From contig NZ_CP053627.1 in assembly GCF_013177435.1 (NCBI RefSeq), forward strand, positions 300,001 through 332,000: a DNA stretch of 32,000 bases, read 5' to 3'. This document shows, in pieces, positions 10,365 to 20,402 of this stretch (positions within the stretch are counted from its first letter, which is position 1; each line of letters starts with the position of its first letter). Origin of the DNA: Xylella taiwanensis. Lineage in GTDB: Bacteria; Pseudomonadota; Gammaproteobacteria; Xanthomonadales; Xanthomonadaceae. The position numbers were made by a program, and so were the translations under genes. The notes below the pieces were generated by a model. That model was not told the DNA's origin, ran no database searches, and saw only the letters and a program-made list of their open reading frames with translations.

Positions 10365-11420
10365 TTGGCCACGTGGCTTGTAACCGGCGGTGCCGGTTTC
10401 ATTGGCGGTAATTTTGTATTGCAAGCGATAACCCTAGGCCATCGTGTGATTAACCTCGATGCCCTGACTTACGCGGGTCATTTGAAGACGCTCGCTGCCC
10501 TTGATGGGTGTCCGGACCACATCTTCGTTCATGGCGACATTGGCGACCGTGCGTTGGTAGCTCGTTTGTTGGATGAGCACCGCCCAGATGCAGTGCTGAA
10601 TTTCGCTGCTGAGAGCCACGTTGACCGTTCGATTGATGCTCCCGCCGCTTTCATTCAGACCAATGTGGTTGGGACGTTGATGTTGCTGGAGGCGGTGTGC
10701 GTGTACTGGAAGACCCTGCCGAAGTCGGCGCGTGTTGGGTTTCGCTTTCTGCATGTCTCGACCGATGAGGTTTACGGCAGCCTTGGTGCGACGGGGGCTT
10801 TTACGGAGACAACAGCGTATGCCCCCAATTCGCCTTATTCGGCCTCCAAAGCGGCGTCCGATCACTTGGTGCGTGCGTTCCACCACACCTACGGATTACC
10901 GGTGCTGACCACCCATTGTTCAAATAACTATGGGCCATATCATTTTCCAGAGAAGCTCATCCCGCTGATGATCACCAAGGCATTGGCGGGTGAACCGCTG
11001 CCTGTATATGGTGATGGCCGGCATGTGCGCGATTGGCTGTTTGTCGGCGATCACTGTACAGCGTTGCGTGCTGTATTGGCTGGGGGGCGGGTGGGTGAAA
11101 CTTATAACATCGGGGGACATGCCGAGCGCGAGAATCTTGAAGTGGTCCGCATGATTTGCCGGTTGCTTGACCAACGCCGCCCGCGTGCCGATGGGCAGTC
11201 TTACCAAAGCCAGATGACTCACGTGACAGATCGTCCGGGACATGATCGTCGCTATGCCATCGACACGTCCAAGTTGGTGAGTGAATTAGGCTGGATACCG
11301 GCGTATCACTTCGAGCATGGGCTTGCCATGACGGTGGACTGGTATTTGGAGCATCAGGACTGGGTACGTGATGTGCTTGAAGCGCGTACCCGCTTTGAGC
11401 GTATAGGGACTGCGGTGTAA
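10365..11420 (+). CDS. rmlB: dTDP-glucose 4,6-dehydratase
   Basis: Rossmann motif TGGAGFIGGNFV, catalytic YSASKAASDHLV, and FLHVSTDEVYG. TTG start with GGAG 7 nt upstream. Confidence 0.95.
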   Translation: MATWLVTGGAGFIGGNFVLQAITLGHRVINLDALTYAGHLKTLAALDGCPDHIFVHGDIGDRALVARLLDEHRPDAVLNFAAESHVDRSIDAPAAFIQTNVVGTLMLLEAVCVYWKTLPKSARVGFRFLHVSTDEVYGSLGATGAFTETTAYAPNSPYSASKAASDHLVRAFHHTYGLPVLTTHCSNNYGPYHFPEKLIPLMITKALAGEPLPVYGDGRHVRDWLFVGDHCTALRAVLAGGRVGETYNIGGHAERENLEVVRMICRLLDQRRPRADGQSYQSQMTHVTDRPGHDRRYAIDTSKLVSELGWIPAYHFEHGLAMTVDWYLEHQDWVRDVLEARTRFERIGTAV

Positions 11421-11482
11421 CGCGGATTTCTGGAAAATAATTGCTGATTCGTGTCTAGACTTTCATATCAGGAAATCATTCC

Positions 11483-12370
11483 ATGACGCAACGCAAGGGC
11501 ATCATCTTGGCGGGTGGGGCCGGGACACGTCTGTATCCCATCACTCAGGGGATTGGTAAGCAGTTATTGCCGGTGTATGACAAGCCGATGATCTACTACC
11601 CGCTCAGTGTGTTGATGCTGGCTGGGATTCGTGAGGTGTTGGTCATCACCATGTTGCATGAGCAGCCGTTGTTCCAGCGCCTGCTGGGTGATGGTACGCA
11701 ATGGGGCATGGAGATTCGTTATGCGGTACAGCCTCGTCCCGATGGTCTGGCACAGGCCTATCTGATTGGCCGTGCATTTGTCGATGACAAGCCGAGTTGC
11801 CTGATCCTGGGGGACAACATTTTCTATGGGCATGGTCTGACCGACACGCTATGTCATGCCGATGCTCGTACCGTGGGCGCCACCGTGTTTGGCTATTGGG
11901 TCAGTGATCCGGAGCGCTATGGCGTGGCGGAATTCGATGGTGACGGTCGCGTGATCAATATTGAGGAGAAGCCAGCACGGCCACGTTCCCACTATGCGGT
12001 GACCGGGTTGTATTTCTACGATGGGCGCGCGCCTGCATTCGTTGCTGAACTGACGCCTTCGGCGCGTGGCGAGTTGGAGATTACTGATCTCAACCGCCGT
12101 TATTTAGCCGAAGGCGCGTTGCACCTGGAGGTGCTTGGGCGCGGTTATGCATGGTTGGATACAGGGACCCACCAGTCGCTGCACGATGCTTCCAACTTCA
12201 TTGGAACCATCCAAGCGCGGCAGGGCTTGCAGGTGTGTTGTCCGGAGGAGATCGCGTTCTGGAAGGGGTGGATTGATGCGACGCATTTGGAGCGTTTGGC
12301 GGCACCGTTGGCAAAGAATGCTTACGGGCTGTATCTGTTGGATCTGGCCCAGCGGGGACGGTTACCGTGA
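11483..12370 (+). CDS. rmlA: Glucose-1-phosphate thymidylyltransferase
   Basis: [17 protein letters not shown]...[30 protein letters not shown], the canonical RmlA N-terminus. 295 aa. Confidence 0.95.
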   Translation: MTQRKGIILAGGAGTRLYPITQGIGKQLLPVYDKPMIYYPLSVLMLAGIREVLVITMLHEQPLFQRLLGDGTQWGMEIRYAVQPRPDGLAQAYLIGRAFVDDKPSCLILGDNIFYGHGLTDTLCHADARTVGATVFGYWVSDPERYGVAEFDGDGRVINIEEKPARPRSHYAVTGLYFYDGRAPAFVAELTPSARGELEITDLNRRYLAEGALHLEVLGRGYAWLDTGTHQSLHDASNFIGTIQARQGLQVCCPEEIAFWKGWIDATHLERLAAPLAKNAYGLYLLDLAQRGRLP

Positions 12371-12924
12371 AGGTGATCGACACGGCGCTGCCAGGTTGCG
12401 TAGTGATTGAGCCGACGGTGTTTGATGATGCGCGCGGTCAATTTTTCGAGGCATGGAATGCTGAGCGTTTCGAACGTCAGGGATTGTCATCCCGCTTCGT
12501 GCAGAGCAACGTGTCCACATCCATGTATGGCGTATTGCGCGGCTTGCATTACCAGTGGCCGCGCCCGCAGGGTAAGTTGGTCTGCGTGTTGGAGGGTGAA
12601 GTCTATGATGTGGCTGTTGATATCCGCTGCGGCTCGCCGCACTACGGGCGTTGGGCGGCGGTACTGCTCAGTGCCAAAAACAAGCGCCAGTTATGGATTC
12701 CGGAAGGATTTGCACACGGGTTTGTGGTGTTGTCCGCGCGTGCGGTATTCAACTACTTGTGTACGGACGTCTACGTGAAGGAAGCCGATGCCGGCATCCG
12801 TTGGAACGATGCCTTGCTTGGGGTGGATTGGCCGATCTCTGCGCCGCTGCTCTCGGCTAAGGATCAGGCGGCGCCGTTTATGGAAGAGATTCCCATCGAT
12901 CGCTTGCCGGTATACGTGCCGTGA
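12367..12924 (+). CDS. rmlC: dTDP-4-dehydrorhamnose 3,5-epimerase
   Basis: [13 protein letters not shown]...LRGLHYQ...[19 protein letters not shown] cupin signature. The GTG start overlaps the rmlA stop (GTGA). Confidence 0.95.
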   Translation: MKVIDTALPGCVVIEPTVFDDARGQFFEAWNAERFERQGLSSRFVQSNVSTSMYGVLRGLHYQWPRPQGKLVCVLEGEVYDVAVDIRCGSPHYGRWAAVLLSAKNKRQLWIPEGFAHGFVVLSARAVFNYLCTDVYVKEADAGIRWNDALLGVDWPISAPLLSAKDQAAPFMEEIPIDRLPVYVP

Positions 12925-13829
12925 CGGTGCTGGTGTTTGGGGCGGGTGGTCAGATTGGCCAAGCGTTGCTGCGGTCGTTGACCGGGCGTGTTGTATGTGC
13001 AGTCACGCGCAGTGGACGGCTGCCGCATGGGACGGTGTGCGTGCAGGCGGATTTCGAGCGGCCTGAGACACTCCGCCCGTTGCTTGACGCGCAGCGCCCA
13101 GCGCAGGTGGTGAACGCTGCCGCTTATACGGCAGTCGACCGCGCGGAATCCGAACCTGATGTGGTGTTCCGTATCAATGCGGATGCACCGGGCGTCATCG
13201 CGCATTGGTGTGCTGAGCATGATGTACCGCTGGTGCATTACTCCACTGACTACGTGTTCGATGGGCGGAGCGCGTTTCCGTACCGTGTCGACGATCCTGT
13301 CGCACCGTTGAATATGTATGGCGCTAGCAAGCTGGCGGGCGAGCGTGCGGTCCGGGCGGCGGGCGGGTGTTCCCTGATCCTGCGTACTTCCTGGGTTTAC
13401 GCGGCTCATGGCCACAATTTTTTACGTACCATGCTGCGCTTAGGTGCGGCATCCGCGACGCTGCGTGTCGTTGCCGACCAGGTCGGCACCCCGACCCCAG
13501 CAGCGCTGATTGCTGATGTCACGGCGCAGTTGCTGGCGGCTGGTCCGCAAAGGATGCCTGCGGGTCTCTGGCATCTGACGGCAGCCGGTCAAACCAGTTG
13601 GCACGGTTTTGCCGAGGAAATTTTCACGCAAGCGCAGGCACGCCGTTTCATGACGAGGGTGCCGCACGTACAGGCGATCGCGAGCGCGGATTACCCGACC
13701 CCGGCGCGGCGTCCGGCGTATTCGTGCCTGGATACCACAGCGTTGGTGGACACGTTCGGAATCGTGTTGCCGGATTGGCGTCAAGGTGTGGCGGATGTAT
13801 TGGACGAAGTCGCTAACATGCCCTGCTGA
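12921..13829 (+). CDS. rmlD: dTDP-4-dehydrorhamnose reductase
   Basis: VLVFGAGGQIG..., VHYSTDYVFDG, and YGASKLAGE (the catalytic Y-x3-K). The GTG start overlaps the rmlC stop (GTGA). Confidence 0.93.
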   Translation: MTVLVFGAGGQIGQALLRSLTGRVVCAVTRSGRLPHGTVCVQADFERPETLRPLLDAQRPAQVVNAAAYTAVDRAESEPDVVFRINADAPGVIAHWCAEHDVPLVHYSTDYVFDGRSAFPYRVDDPVAPLNMYGASKLAGERAVRAAGGCSLILRTSWVYAAHGHNFLRTMLRLGAASATLRVVADQVGTPTPAALIADVTAQLLAAGPQRMPAGLWHLTAAGQTSWHGFAEEIFTQAQARRFMTRVPHVQAIASADYPTPARRPAYSCLDTTALVDTFGIVLPDWRQGVADVLDEVANMPC

Positions 13830-13966
13830 ACGTATCAGACGATGGATGCTTTTGGGAGAGATCGTGTGCTGGTGTGTATCGGTCTGCTTTGCAGGCCAGT
13901 ACGGTGTTGTGTCGACGTGCGCTGATGGCGGTGCTGATAGTGCAGCGCATCCGGCAGCAGCCACGT

Positions 13967-13984
13967 GGGCCGCTGTTGCGGCCC
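13967..13984. terminator. GC-rich hairpin in the convergent rmlD / xanB gap; possible shared terminator
   Basis: GGGCCGC-tgtt-GCGGCCC, a 7-bp perfect stem. On the plus strand a T5 run follows 9 nt later. The hairpin sits 14 nt past the xanB stop on the minus strand. Confidence 0.3.
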
Positions 13985-13997
13985 CGGACCTGCTTTT

Positions 13998-15419
13998 TCA
14001 AGCACGACCATAAGTATCTTCGAAACGCACGATATCGTCCTCGCCGAGATAGCTGCCCGACTGTACTTCGATCAATTCGAGCGGCAGTTTGCCTGGGTTA
14101 CGTAGGCGATGGGTCACACCGAGTGGGATATAAGTACTCTGATTTTCGGTCAGTAACAGGACTTCGCTGCCGCGCGTGACCTCAGCGGTACCGCTGACCA
14201 CGATCCAGTGTTCGGCGCGGTGATGGTGCATTTGCAGGCTCAGTGTCGCGCCGGGCTTGACCGTGATGCGCTTGACCTGGAAGCGCTGGCCCATGTCGAT
14301 GGAGTCGTAGGCACCCCACGGACGGTAAACCTTGCGGTGCCAGGTGGCTTCTGAGCGTCCGTTCGCTTTGATCTTGTTGACGATCTCCTTGACGGTTTGG
14401 ATGCGGTCACGATGACCGACCAGCACGGCGTCGTCGGTCTCAACCACCACCACATTTTCTAGCCCGACCATCGCGATCAGACGCGATCCATAGGCGTAGG
14501 TGTTGCGGCAATCGATGTGGATCACGTCGCCGTGGTGAGCATTCCCGTCGCTATCTTGCTTGGAGACCTCGTGCAGGGCCGACCAGGAGCCGACATCGCT
14601 CCATCCAGCGTCCAATGGCACGACGACAGCGTCGGCGGTGCTCTCCATCACCGCGTAATCGATAGAATCCGATGGGCTGGCTTCGAATGCTTGCTTATCT
14701 AAGCGGATGAAATCGGTATCGCGCTTTGCCGCGGTCCATGCCTGCCGGCAGGCGGCGGTGATGGCCGGTTGAAAGGTGCTGAGCTCGGCCAGGTAGCGTG
14801 AGGCGCGGAACAGGAACATGCCGCTATTCCAGAAATATTCGCCGGAGGCCAGATAGCTTTGAGCAGTGGCCAGATCGGGTTTCTCGATGAAGCGCTCCAC
14901 CGGACGCATGGCACCACCGCTGGCGGCTTTGATGTAGCCGTAGCCGATTTCCGGGGTGTTTGGGGTGATGCCGAAGGTGACCAGTTTGCCTTGCGCGGCG
15001 GCCTCGGCGGCCACATGGACCGCAGTCTGGAACGCTGCTTCGTCACGGATCACGTGATCGGACGGTAGTACAAGCAGCAGTGGATCGGTGCCAGTACGGG
15101 TTGCTTCCAGTGCGGCTACGGCGATCGCCGGTGCGGTGTTGCGGCCTGTGGGCTCAAGCAGAATCGCGGAAGGGTGCACGCCCAAGTGCTGCAATTGTTC
15201 GGCGGCGATGAAGCGGTGTTCTTCGTTGGCAACGACGACGGGTGAATGTGCTGCTACCGGAGCGGCGCGCAGCCAAGTGGCTTGCAGCATGCTGTGGTCA
15301 CCGACCAGTGGCAGAAACTGCTTGGGATAGGCCTCGCGCGATAGCGGCCATAGCCGCGTGCCCGAACCGCCGGACAGGATCACGGGAAGGATATCGTTCA
15401 TAGGCGGGGCGAACTCCAT
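13998..15419 (-). CDS. xanB: Bifunctional mannose-1-phosphate guanylyltransferase / mannose-6-phosphate isomerase (type II PMI)
   Basis: N-terminal [25 protein letters not shown] (nucleotidyl transferase) and a C-terminal cupin ([20 protein letters not shown]). Alternative start at ATG 15401 (MNDILPVIL). Confidence 0.93.
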   Translation of the reverse strand: MEFAPPMNDILPVILSGGSGTRLWPLSREAYPKQFLPLVGDHSMLQATWLRAAPVAAHSPVVVANEEHRFIAAEQLQHLGVHPSAILLEPTGRNTAPAIAVAALEATRTGTDPLLLVLPSDHVIRDEAAFQTAVHVAAEAAAQGKLVTFGITPNTPEIGYGYIKAASGGAMRPVERFIEKPDLATAQSYLASGEYFWNSGMFLFRASRYLAELSTFQPAITAACRQAWTAAKRDTDFIRLDKQAFEASPSDSIDYAVMESTADAVVVPLDAGWSDVGSWSALHEVSKQDSDGNAHHGDVIHIDCRNTYAYGSRLIAMVGLENVVVVETDDAVLVGHRDRIQTVKEIVNKIKANGRSEATWHRKVYRPWGAYDSIDMGQRFQVKRITVKPGATLSLQMHHHRAEHWIVVSGTAEVTRGSEVLLLTENQSTYIPLGVTHRLRNPGKLPLELIEVQSGSYLGEDDIVRFEDTYGRA

Positions 15420-15460
15420 GCAGGGAATGAGAGGGGTGGGTGGAAACAGAGGGGGACGTT

Positions 15461-16810
15461 TCAGGCACGCAGCAGCGCTGAAATTTCAGCGGTGCGCTGT
15501 TTCAGTAGTGCCGTGTTGCCACGGGTTTCCACATTCAGGCGCAGGAGTGGTTCGGTATTGGAGCTGCGCAGGTTGAAACGCCAATCCCCAAAGTCAGCGC
15601 TGATCCCGTCGGTGTGATCGATGGTGGGTGACTGTGCTGTGTAATGGTCCATGACACGTGCGGTGGCGGCTTTGGTGTCAGCGATCTTGAAGTTGATTTC
15701 GCCGCTGCACGGGAACTGTTGCATACGGTGTTCGACCAGGTTGGCCAACGAGCGACCGCTGCGTGAGATCAGTTCGGCGAGCAGCAACCACGGGATCATG
15801 CCCGAGTCGGCGTAGGAAAATTCGCGGAAATAATGGTGCGCGCTCATCTCGCCGCCGTACACGGCGTTCTCCTTGCGCATCTTTTCCTTGATGAAGGCAT
15901 GACCGCTCTTGGACAGTACCGGGATTCCGCCGGCGGCCTCAATCATTTCGACCGTGTTCCAGGTGAGGCGCGGGTCATGGACGATCTTCCCGCCAGGATG
16001 CTTGGACAAAATGACTGCCGCTAACAGGCCAACCAGATAGTAGCCCTCAATAAAGCGGCCGTTGTGATCAAAGAAGAAGCATCGGTCGAAATCTCCATCC
16101 CAGGCGATACCGAGGTCGGCACCGTGATGCTTGACGGCTTGTGCGGTGGCATCGCGGTTTTCGGGCAGCAGTGGGTTTGGAATGCCGTTGGGAAAGTGGC
16201 CGTTCGGTTCGTGGCATACGCGCACGAATTCGAACGGTAGATGTGGGGCAAGCAGGTCGATGATCAGGCCGGCACTGCCGTTGCCGGCGTTGACCACCAG
16301 CTTCAGCGGCTTAAGTGCGTTTATGTCGACGTAGCTCAGCAGGTGTGCAATGTAGGCCGATTTGTCCGGATCATGATGTTCGATGGCCGTGGGAGTCGCG
16401 ATGGTTGCCGTGTCGGCGGCAACAACATCGCGGATGGTGAACAGGCCGGTGTCCGAACTGATCGGGCGTGCTTGCTGGCGTACCAGTTTCATCCCGTTGT
16501 AATCCATCGGGTTGTGACTGGCGGTGACCATCACGCCACCCGCCGCATTGCGATACTGCGTTTGGAAGTAGACCTCTTCGGTACCGCAGAGGCCGATATC
16601 GATCACTTCGCGGCCGCTGGCGCGCAGGCCGGCCGAGAGTGCCTCTTGTAATGATTGACTTGTCAGGCGCACATCGTGGCCCAGGACCACCGGGGCTGCT
16701 ATGTCCAACTGTGCCGCCAGCGCGACGCCGATTCGGCGGGCCAAGTCCTCGTTCAATTCATCCGGCACGCGGCCGCGGATATCGTAGGCCTTGAAGGCGG
16801 GTAGTGACAT
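15461..16810 (-). CDS. xanA: Phosphoglucomutase / phosphomannomutase
   Basis: [16 protein letters not shown]..., the active-site loop [13 protein letters not shown], the metal site [13 protein letters not shown], and [10 protein letters not shown]. Confidence 0.93.
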   Translation of the reverse strand: MSLPAFKAYDIRGRVPDELNEDLARRIGVALAAQLDIAAPVVLGHDVRLTSQSLQEALSAGLRASGREVIDIGLCGTEEVYFQTQYRNAAGGVMVTASHNPMDYNGMKLVRQQARPISSDTGLFTIRDVVAADTATIATPTAIEHHDPDKSAYIAHLLSYVDINALKPLKLVVNAGNGSAGLIIDLLAPHLPFEFVRVCHEPNGHFPNGIPNPLLPENRDATAQAVKHHGADLGIAWDGDFDRCFFFDHNGRFIEGYYLVGLLAAVILSKHPGGKIVHDPRLTWNTVEMIEAAGGIPVLSKSGHAFIKEKMRKENAVYGGEMSAHHYFREFSYADSGMIPWLLLAELISRSGRSLANLVEHRMQQFPCSGEINFKIADTKAATARVMDHYTAQSPTIDHTDGISADFGDWRFNLRSSNTEPLLRLNVETRGNTALLKQRTAEISALLRA

Positions 16811-18042
16811 GGGTAACTCCTGGTTAAACGTTCATGCAGTGTAGCTGGAGCCAGTGCTGTTTAGGTGTTGCGCAGGTTGAGTGTGGTTACGAAGAGCGGA
16901 TTATTTCTCTGTATTTATGTGCGATAGGCGGCTGTGCACCTGAATGGATCAGACATTTAAATGCTTGATGCCCAGTGTACGGGTGATGCTGAGCACAATG
17001 GATGTGCAAGCTGCTTGGATGTGATCGTTGTGTTGAGCGCATTGTGGAGGCTGCTAGCCAGACTGTGATGTGTGGTTGAGGCTGTCTCCGGGTGATATTT
17101 GCAGTGTTGCATGCTGTCTTCTTGAAGGTCCCGCATAAACATAAGGATGATGCTCGCTCATGATGCGGATGGCTGGGCTGGTGCGAGTCGCTGATGGGGT
17201 GATTGCGTTGTAGGGAGGATGTGCCTGATCTCGGTGCGCGTCATCGGCATGCAACACGAGTAAACGGTTCCAGCACCACCACGGTTGGTTAACCGTGTGG
17301 CTGATGAGGTGGGTGATGCCATGAGAAAGCAATGATCGGTGCAGTTGGAGGACCTCTTGCTTGGGATCGGTGCGTTCCGAGTGATGGACGAGGGCGCCAC
17401 TGGATTTGAGCGATGTCAGCGGGCGGACGGTGAGGGTGCGTTCTGGCTCTGGATGCTTCAGCAGCAATAAGGTGTGTGTGATGATCGGTAGAAGTTTTGC
17501 GACCGACGTGAGGATATCGACGGCTGCACGTCATAACATAGGTTCATGATGATCGATGGTGGGCATGGCGGCGTGATCGTCCGGACCCAGAGTGGGTCAC
17601 CCTTGCAGATCGTGGGCACGCTTGGACTCATCTGGCCGGATGAACCCTATGTACATCGACTCTCTCAGCTGTGGGCAAGAGCTCTACATCAGCGTTGTCC
17701 CGAAGATCAGCAGCCATTTCATCCGAGTTGCCGCCATCGAAAGATGTCCCTTGGAGTCCATCTCGGAATCCTAGTGGCACGGGCCGAACTGCCTATCGAA
17801 TATCGGTGCTCGTCAATGATTCATCCTCCTCGATCAACACGAGGCTGTGTCTCAGCTCGAAAAATGACGCAAAAAGTAAAATTAAAAGCAGAAAATTCGC
17901 GGTTGCTTTGATCAGGTGTTCAATACGAAGACCAGTGACGTTGATGAAGACGTGGTATCGACCGGCTTGGCCAATCCCTGTACACATTGAGTTCAAACGA
18001 TTGAGGAGTTGTGTAATAGAGGTTTGTTTTTCAGATCACTGA

Positions 18043-18780
18043 ATGACTTGGGTATGGATACCACCGTGGCGAATGGAGAATTGCTGTTCGACTTGTTTGC
18101 AACGTTGGTCGAATAAGGCAGTTAAGTTGATCGATAAGGGATTAATCGTCAGGGAAGCCGCCGCCGCTATCCAGGTCGGTAAAGTCCGCCTTATACACGG
18201 CACTGCGAAATGCCACCGCCTTGATATCTTCCTTGCCATGCATGACGAGGCTTGATGGTGATATTTCGGTAGTATTAAGCCAGCAGCACCGTTACTGACC
18301 ACGGCCGGACGCGCGCGGAAATCTCCAAGCTGTTGGCCGAGACGACGCATGATCTTTGGGAAAATCTGTCGTACATCGGCCCAGACCGTGTTATCCGGTG
18401 GACTTGCATCGACGTCTAAGCCGTACGTCTTGTATCGGTTGATCTGGCAACGGTCTGTTGCCTCGTCATTGGCCGATGCCAAATGCAATGTGAACACCGT
18501 CATGCTGGGAGCGGCAAACGGTGCGCAAACTTTCGAGTTGAACAAGGTTGGTGCGTCTTGACTCCCAAGGATACGGTGAAGGATGAGGAATTCGGTGACA
18601 GCGACGCCGCCGCTGCCAGCAGCGGCAAGGTATCTTTACCCGATATCGAATCGGCCAGGAAAGCCGATTTCGGCAAGCTATTGCGCAAGGAGATGAAACC
18701 GTCGTCATGCTGCAACAAGGCCAGCTTGATTGCCAAGCTCAAAGTCATAGATCCAGCGGCCACACCCCGCAGCTGATTTC
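18043..18780 (+). mobile_element. Tentative, heavily decayed IS630-family transposase remnant
   Basis: Own reading across frames finds an HTH-like AVKLIDKGLIVREAAAAIQVGKVRLIH followed, in shifted frames, by RPDAREISKLLAETTHDLWENLSYIGPDRVIRW. This pattern matches IS630 N-terminal HTH modules. There are many stops and frameshifts, and no DDE domain or terminal repeats were identified. Confidence 0.25.
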
Positions 18781-19006
18781 GCCAACACGCATACTTATTT
18801 TTTTCCAGTTATTAAAGAAACATCTCAACACGCTTTCGGCACACTGACTGAAATTGTGTTCAGGACACCGATTATCGATCATTGAAATATTTAATATTTA
18901 GTATATTTAAATTCAAGTATCGATCATTGGAATATCTTCCGATATCAGTAAATGTGTGGTGATGATTTAATCAAAAATCTATTATTTGAGTATCAGTAAT
19001 TAATGC

Positions 19007-19036
19007 TTGACCAATTTCATTATTTTTCTCCATAAT
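19007..19036 (+). promoter_or_regulatory. Near-consensus sigma70-type promoter for the colicin V-like gene
   Basis: TTGACC (19007-19012), an 18-nt spacer, then CATAAT (19031-19036). It lies 63 nt upstream of the ATG at 19099 in a very AT-rich region. Confidence 0.4.
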
Positions 19037-19068
19037 TGTGAATCTAATCACACAATAATTGTGATTAG
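19037..19068. promoter_or_regulatory. Overlapping palindromes: a perfect CRP/Clp-type TGTGA-N6-TCACA and a 9-bp inverted repeat
   Basis: The sequence reads cataat|TGTGA|atctaa|TCACA|caataat|TGTGA|ttag. TGTGA-N6-TCACA is at 19037-19052. CTAATCACA-N7-TGTGATTAG is at 19044-19068. The element abuts the -10 hexamer, so it is either an operator or a 5'-UTR stem-loop. Confidence 0.5.
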
Positions 19069-19098
19069 AGTATTTTTAATTATAGTTGGAGAATAAAT

Positions 19099-19407
19099 AT
19101 GCGTGAATTGACATTAGCCGAAATCGACAACGTATCTGGTGCGGATTTCGGTACACGGCTCGAAGCTGCCATTGTCGGGAGCATCGTTGCCGGTTGGGCT
19201 GGTTCCATCTGGGGTGGTACTCGCGGCGGTGATGGCGGTGGCATCATAGGCATTGGGACCATCGGGCAAGGTGTCGGCATGCTGTATGGCGGCCTTCTTG
19301 GGGTGGTCGGAGGCTTTGTCGGAGGTTTTATCCTTGACAAAACGGCAACCTATAACATTAGTACTAGCTTTGGGCAATCGGTCTTTAACGGTACGTTCGC
19401 GAAGTAA
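19099..19407 (+). CDS. cvaC: Colicin V-like class II microcin precursor (double-glycine-type leader plus Gly-rich hydrophobic core)
   Basis: The leader MRELTLAEIDNVSGA matches the ColV leader MRTLTLNELDSVSGG at 10 of 15 positions. The 87-aa core is Gly-rich (GGTRGGDGGGIIGIGTIGQGVGMLYGGLLGVVGGFVGGF). RBS GGAGAA lies 4-9 nt upstream. Confidence 0.85.
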   Translation: MRELTLAEIDNVSGADFGTRLEAAIVGSIVAGWAGSIWGGTRGGDGGGIIGIGTIGQGVGMLYGGLLGVVGGFVGGFILDKTATYNISTSFGQSVFNGTFAK

Positions 19408-19424
19408 GCTGTGGTGTGGTCTAG

Positions 19425-19447
19425 GCAGCTGGATGCATTCCAGCTGC
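19425..19447 (+). terminator. Hairpin downstream of the colicin V-like gene
   Basis: GCAGCTGGA-tgcat-TCCAGCTGC, a perfect 9-bp stem 18 nt after the stop. No clear U-tract follows (ttagtccg). Confidence 0.35.
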
Positions 19448-19549
19448 TTAGTCCGTTCGATGAGACGTTGTTGCAGACATAGAATGAGAAGACAAGGCAG
19501 CTGCTGGGATCTTGAATGAGCTGTCCGTCGTCGACATCAAGTCATCGCC

Positions 19550-20340
19550 AACACGTTTTAGTGACCATGTCGCACATCATGCGCAACTTGATCAATCAGT
19601 TGCTCCAAGCGATGCAGTTCGACGTGGTGACCGCGTACAACTTGTGCTACATGTGCCGCAAGCTATAAGCACCCTTGACCGTGGCGTGGATGCATTGGAT
19701 GCTCATCATTAACGCTACAGCTTGCTGATCCGTCGGGTATCTTTTTCACCACGGCACCAGGCACGATAGCCGCTTATGCTCACGCGCAACATTTCACAGA
19801 TGTTGGAAGCGGGATGTCACGGAGCTGCGCATCGTTCAATGTCGACGTGCATCTTCATGCCATGCTTTCTCCGTGTGCAACCGTGATAGTTTCACCTGCT
19901 CGTCTCTAACCGGCTTGGCACATGTGCCCACAAACGTGCCGACCTCGGACACTTTTTCTCTTCTTTCAAATCTCGATGCTGGCCATCGACACTTGAAAAA
20001 AGAAAAAACGATAGGCAACTCACTCGGTACGTTTGCTCGAAATCGACTTGATTTCTAGCGCATTACATTGATGACCTTAGATATAAAAGTGACTCAATTG
20101 CTCATGACAAAGCCCCCGATTGTAATCATTTTTCAATGTATATTTAATGATACCGTCACCGTTGAAATTGCCTTCAAAGTTTTGATAAAGCGTTTTGATG
20201 GTCTGTTACACAACCACATTGGTGTAGTGCTGGTAGCACACCGCTAGCATTCCGGCTTTTTGGTCACAAGCGCTACGGGTTACTCCATGCTTGATTTGCT
20301 AGAGTCCACTTCTGTGATCGTGCTTCTTCTCGTGCATTAA
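19550..20340 (-). mobile_element. Truncated, decayed IS3-family insertion sequence remnant (OrfA plus the N-terminal part of OrfB)
   Basis: Own minus-strand translation. OrfA-like MHEKKHDHRSGL*QIKHGV...AGMLAVCYQHYTNVV...FEGNFNGDG, then ...VRDEQVKLSRLHTEKAWHEDA (compare E..L..E.DILKKA.A.F). OrfB-like VSISGYRAWCRGEK and YSLRHM...LIKLRMM (compare YG.RRI...V.RLMR). There are multiple stops. The DDE domain is missing; the element ends near the microcin gene. Confidence 0.45.
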
Positions 20341-20402
20341 GTTCATTCGTTTTTTAAACGCATCACCTGTGCAGCACAATTTCTGCGTCGATGATCTTTG
20401 TG

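Noticed and set aside
6849..16651. Many 60-205-aa ORFs antisense to or out of frame with deaD, etfAB, rmlBACD and xanAB (for example 6849..7313, 9499..10116, 10434..10886, 12864..13415, 13440..13964, 14699..15046, 16241..16651)
   Set aside because: They are embedded in strongly supported conserved genes, show Arg/Ala/Ser-rich off-frame composition, and have no motifs.
16950..17540. Overlapping minus-strand ORFs (17054..17467, 17158..17400, 17289..17534) upstream of xanA
   Set aside because: They are mutually exclusive frames, His/Pro/Ser-rich, with no motif recognised and stops when extended. I could not support any gene call.
18036..18545. 169-aa minus-strand ORF
   Set aside because: No recognisable domain. 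The opposite strand shows, weakly, IS630-like HTH fragments, so I consider it an antisense chance ORF. Both calls are low-confidence.
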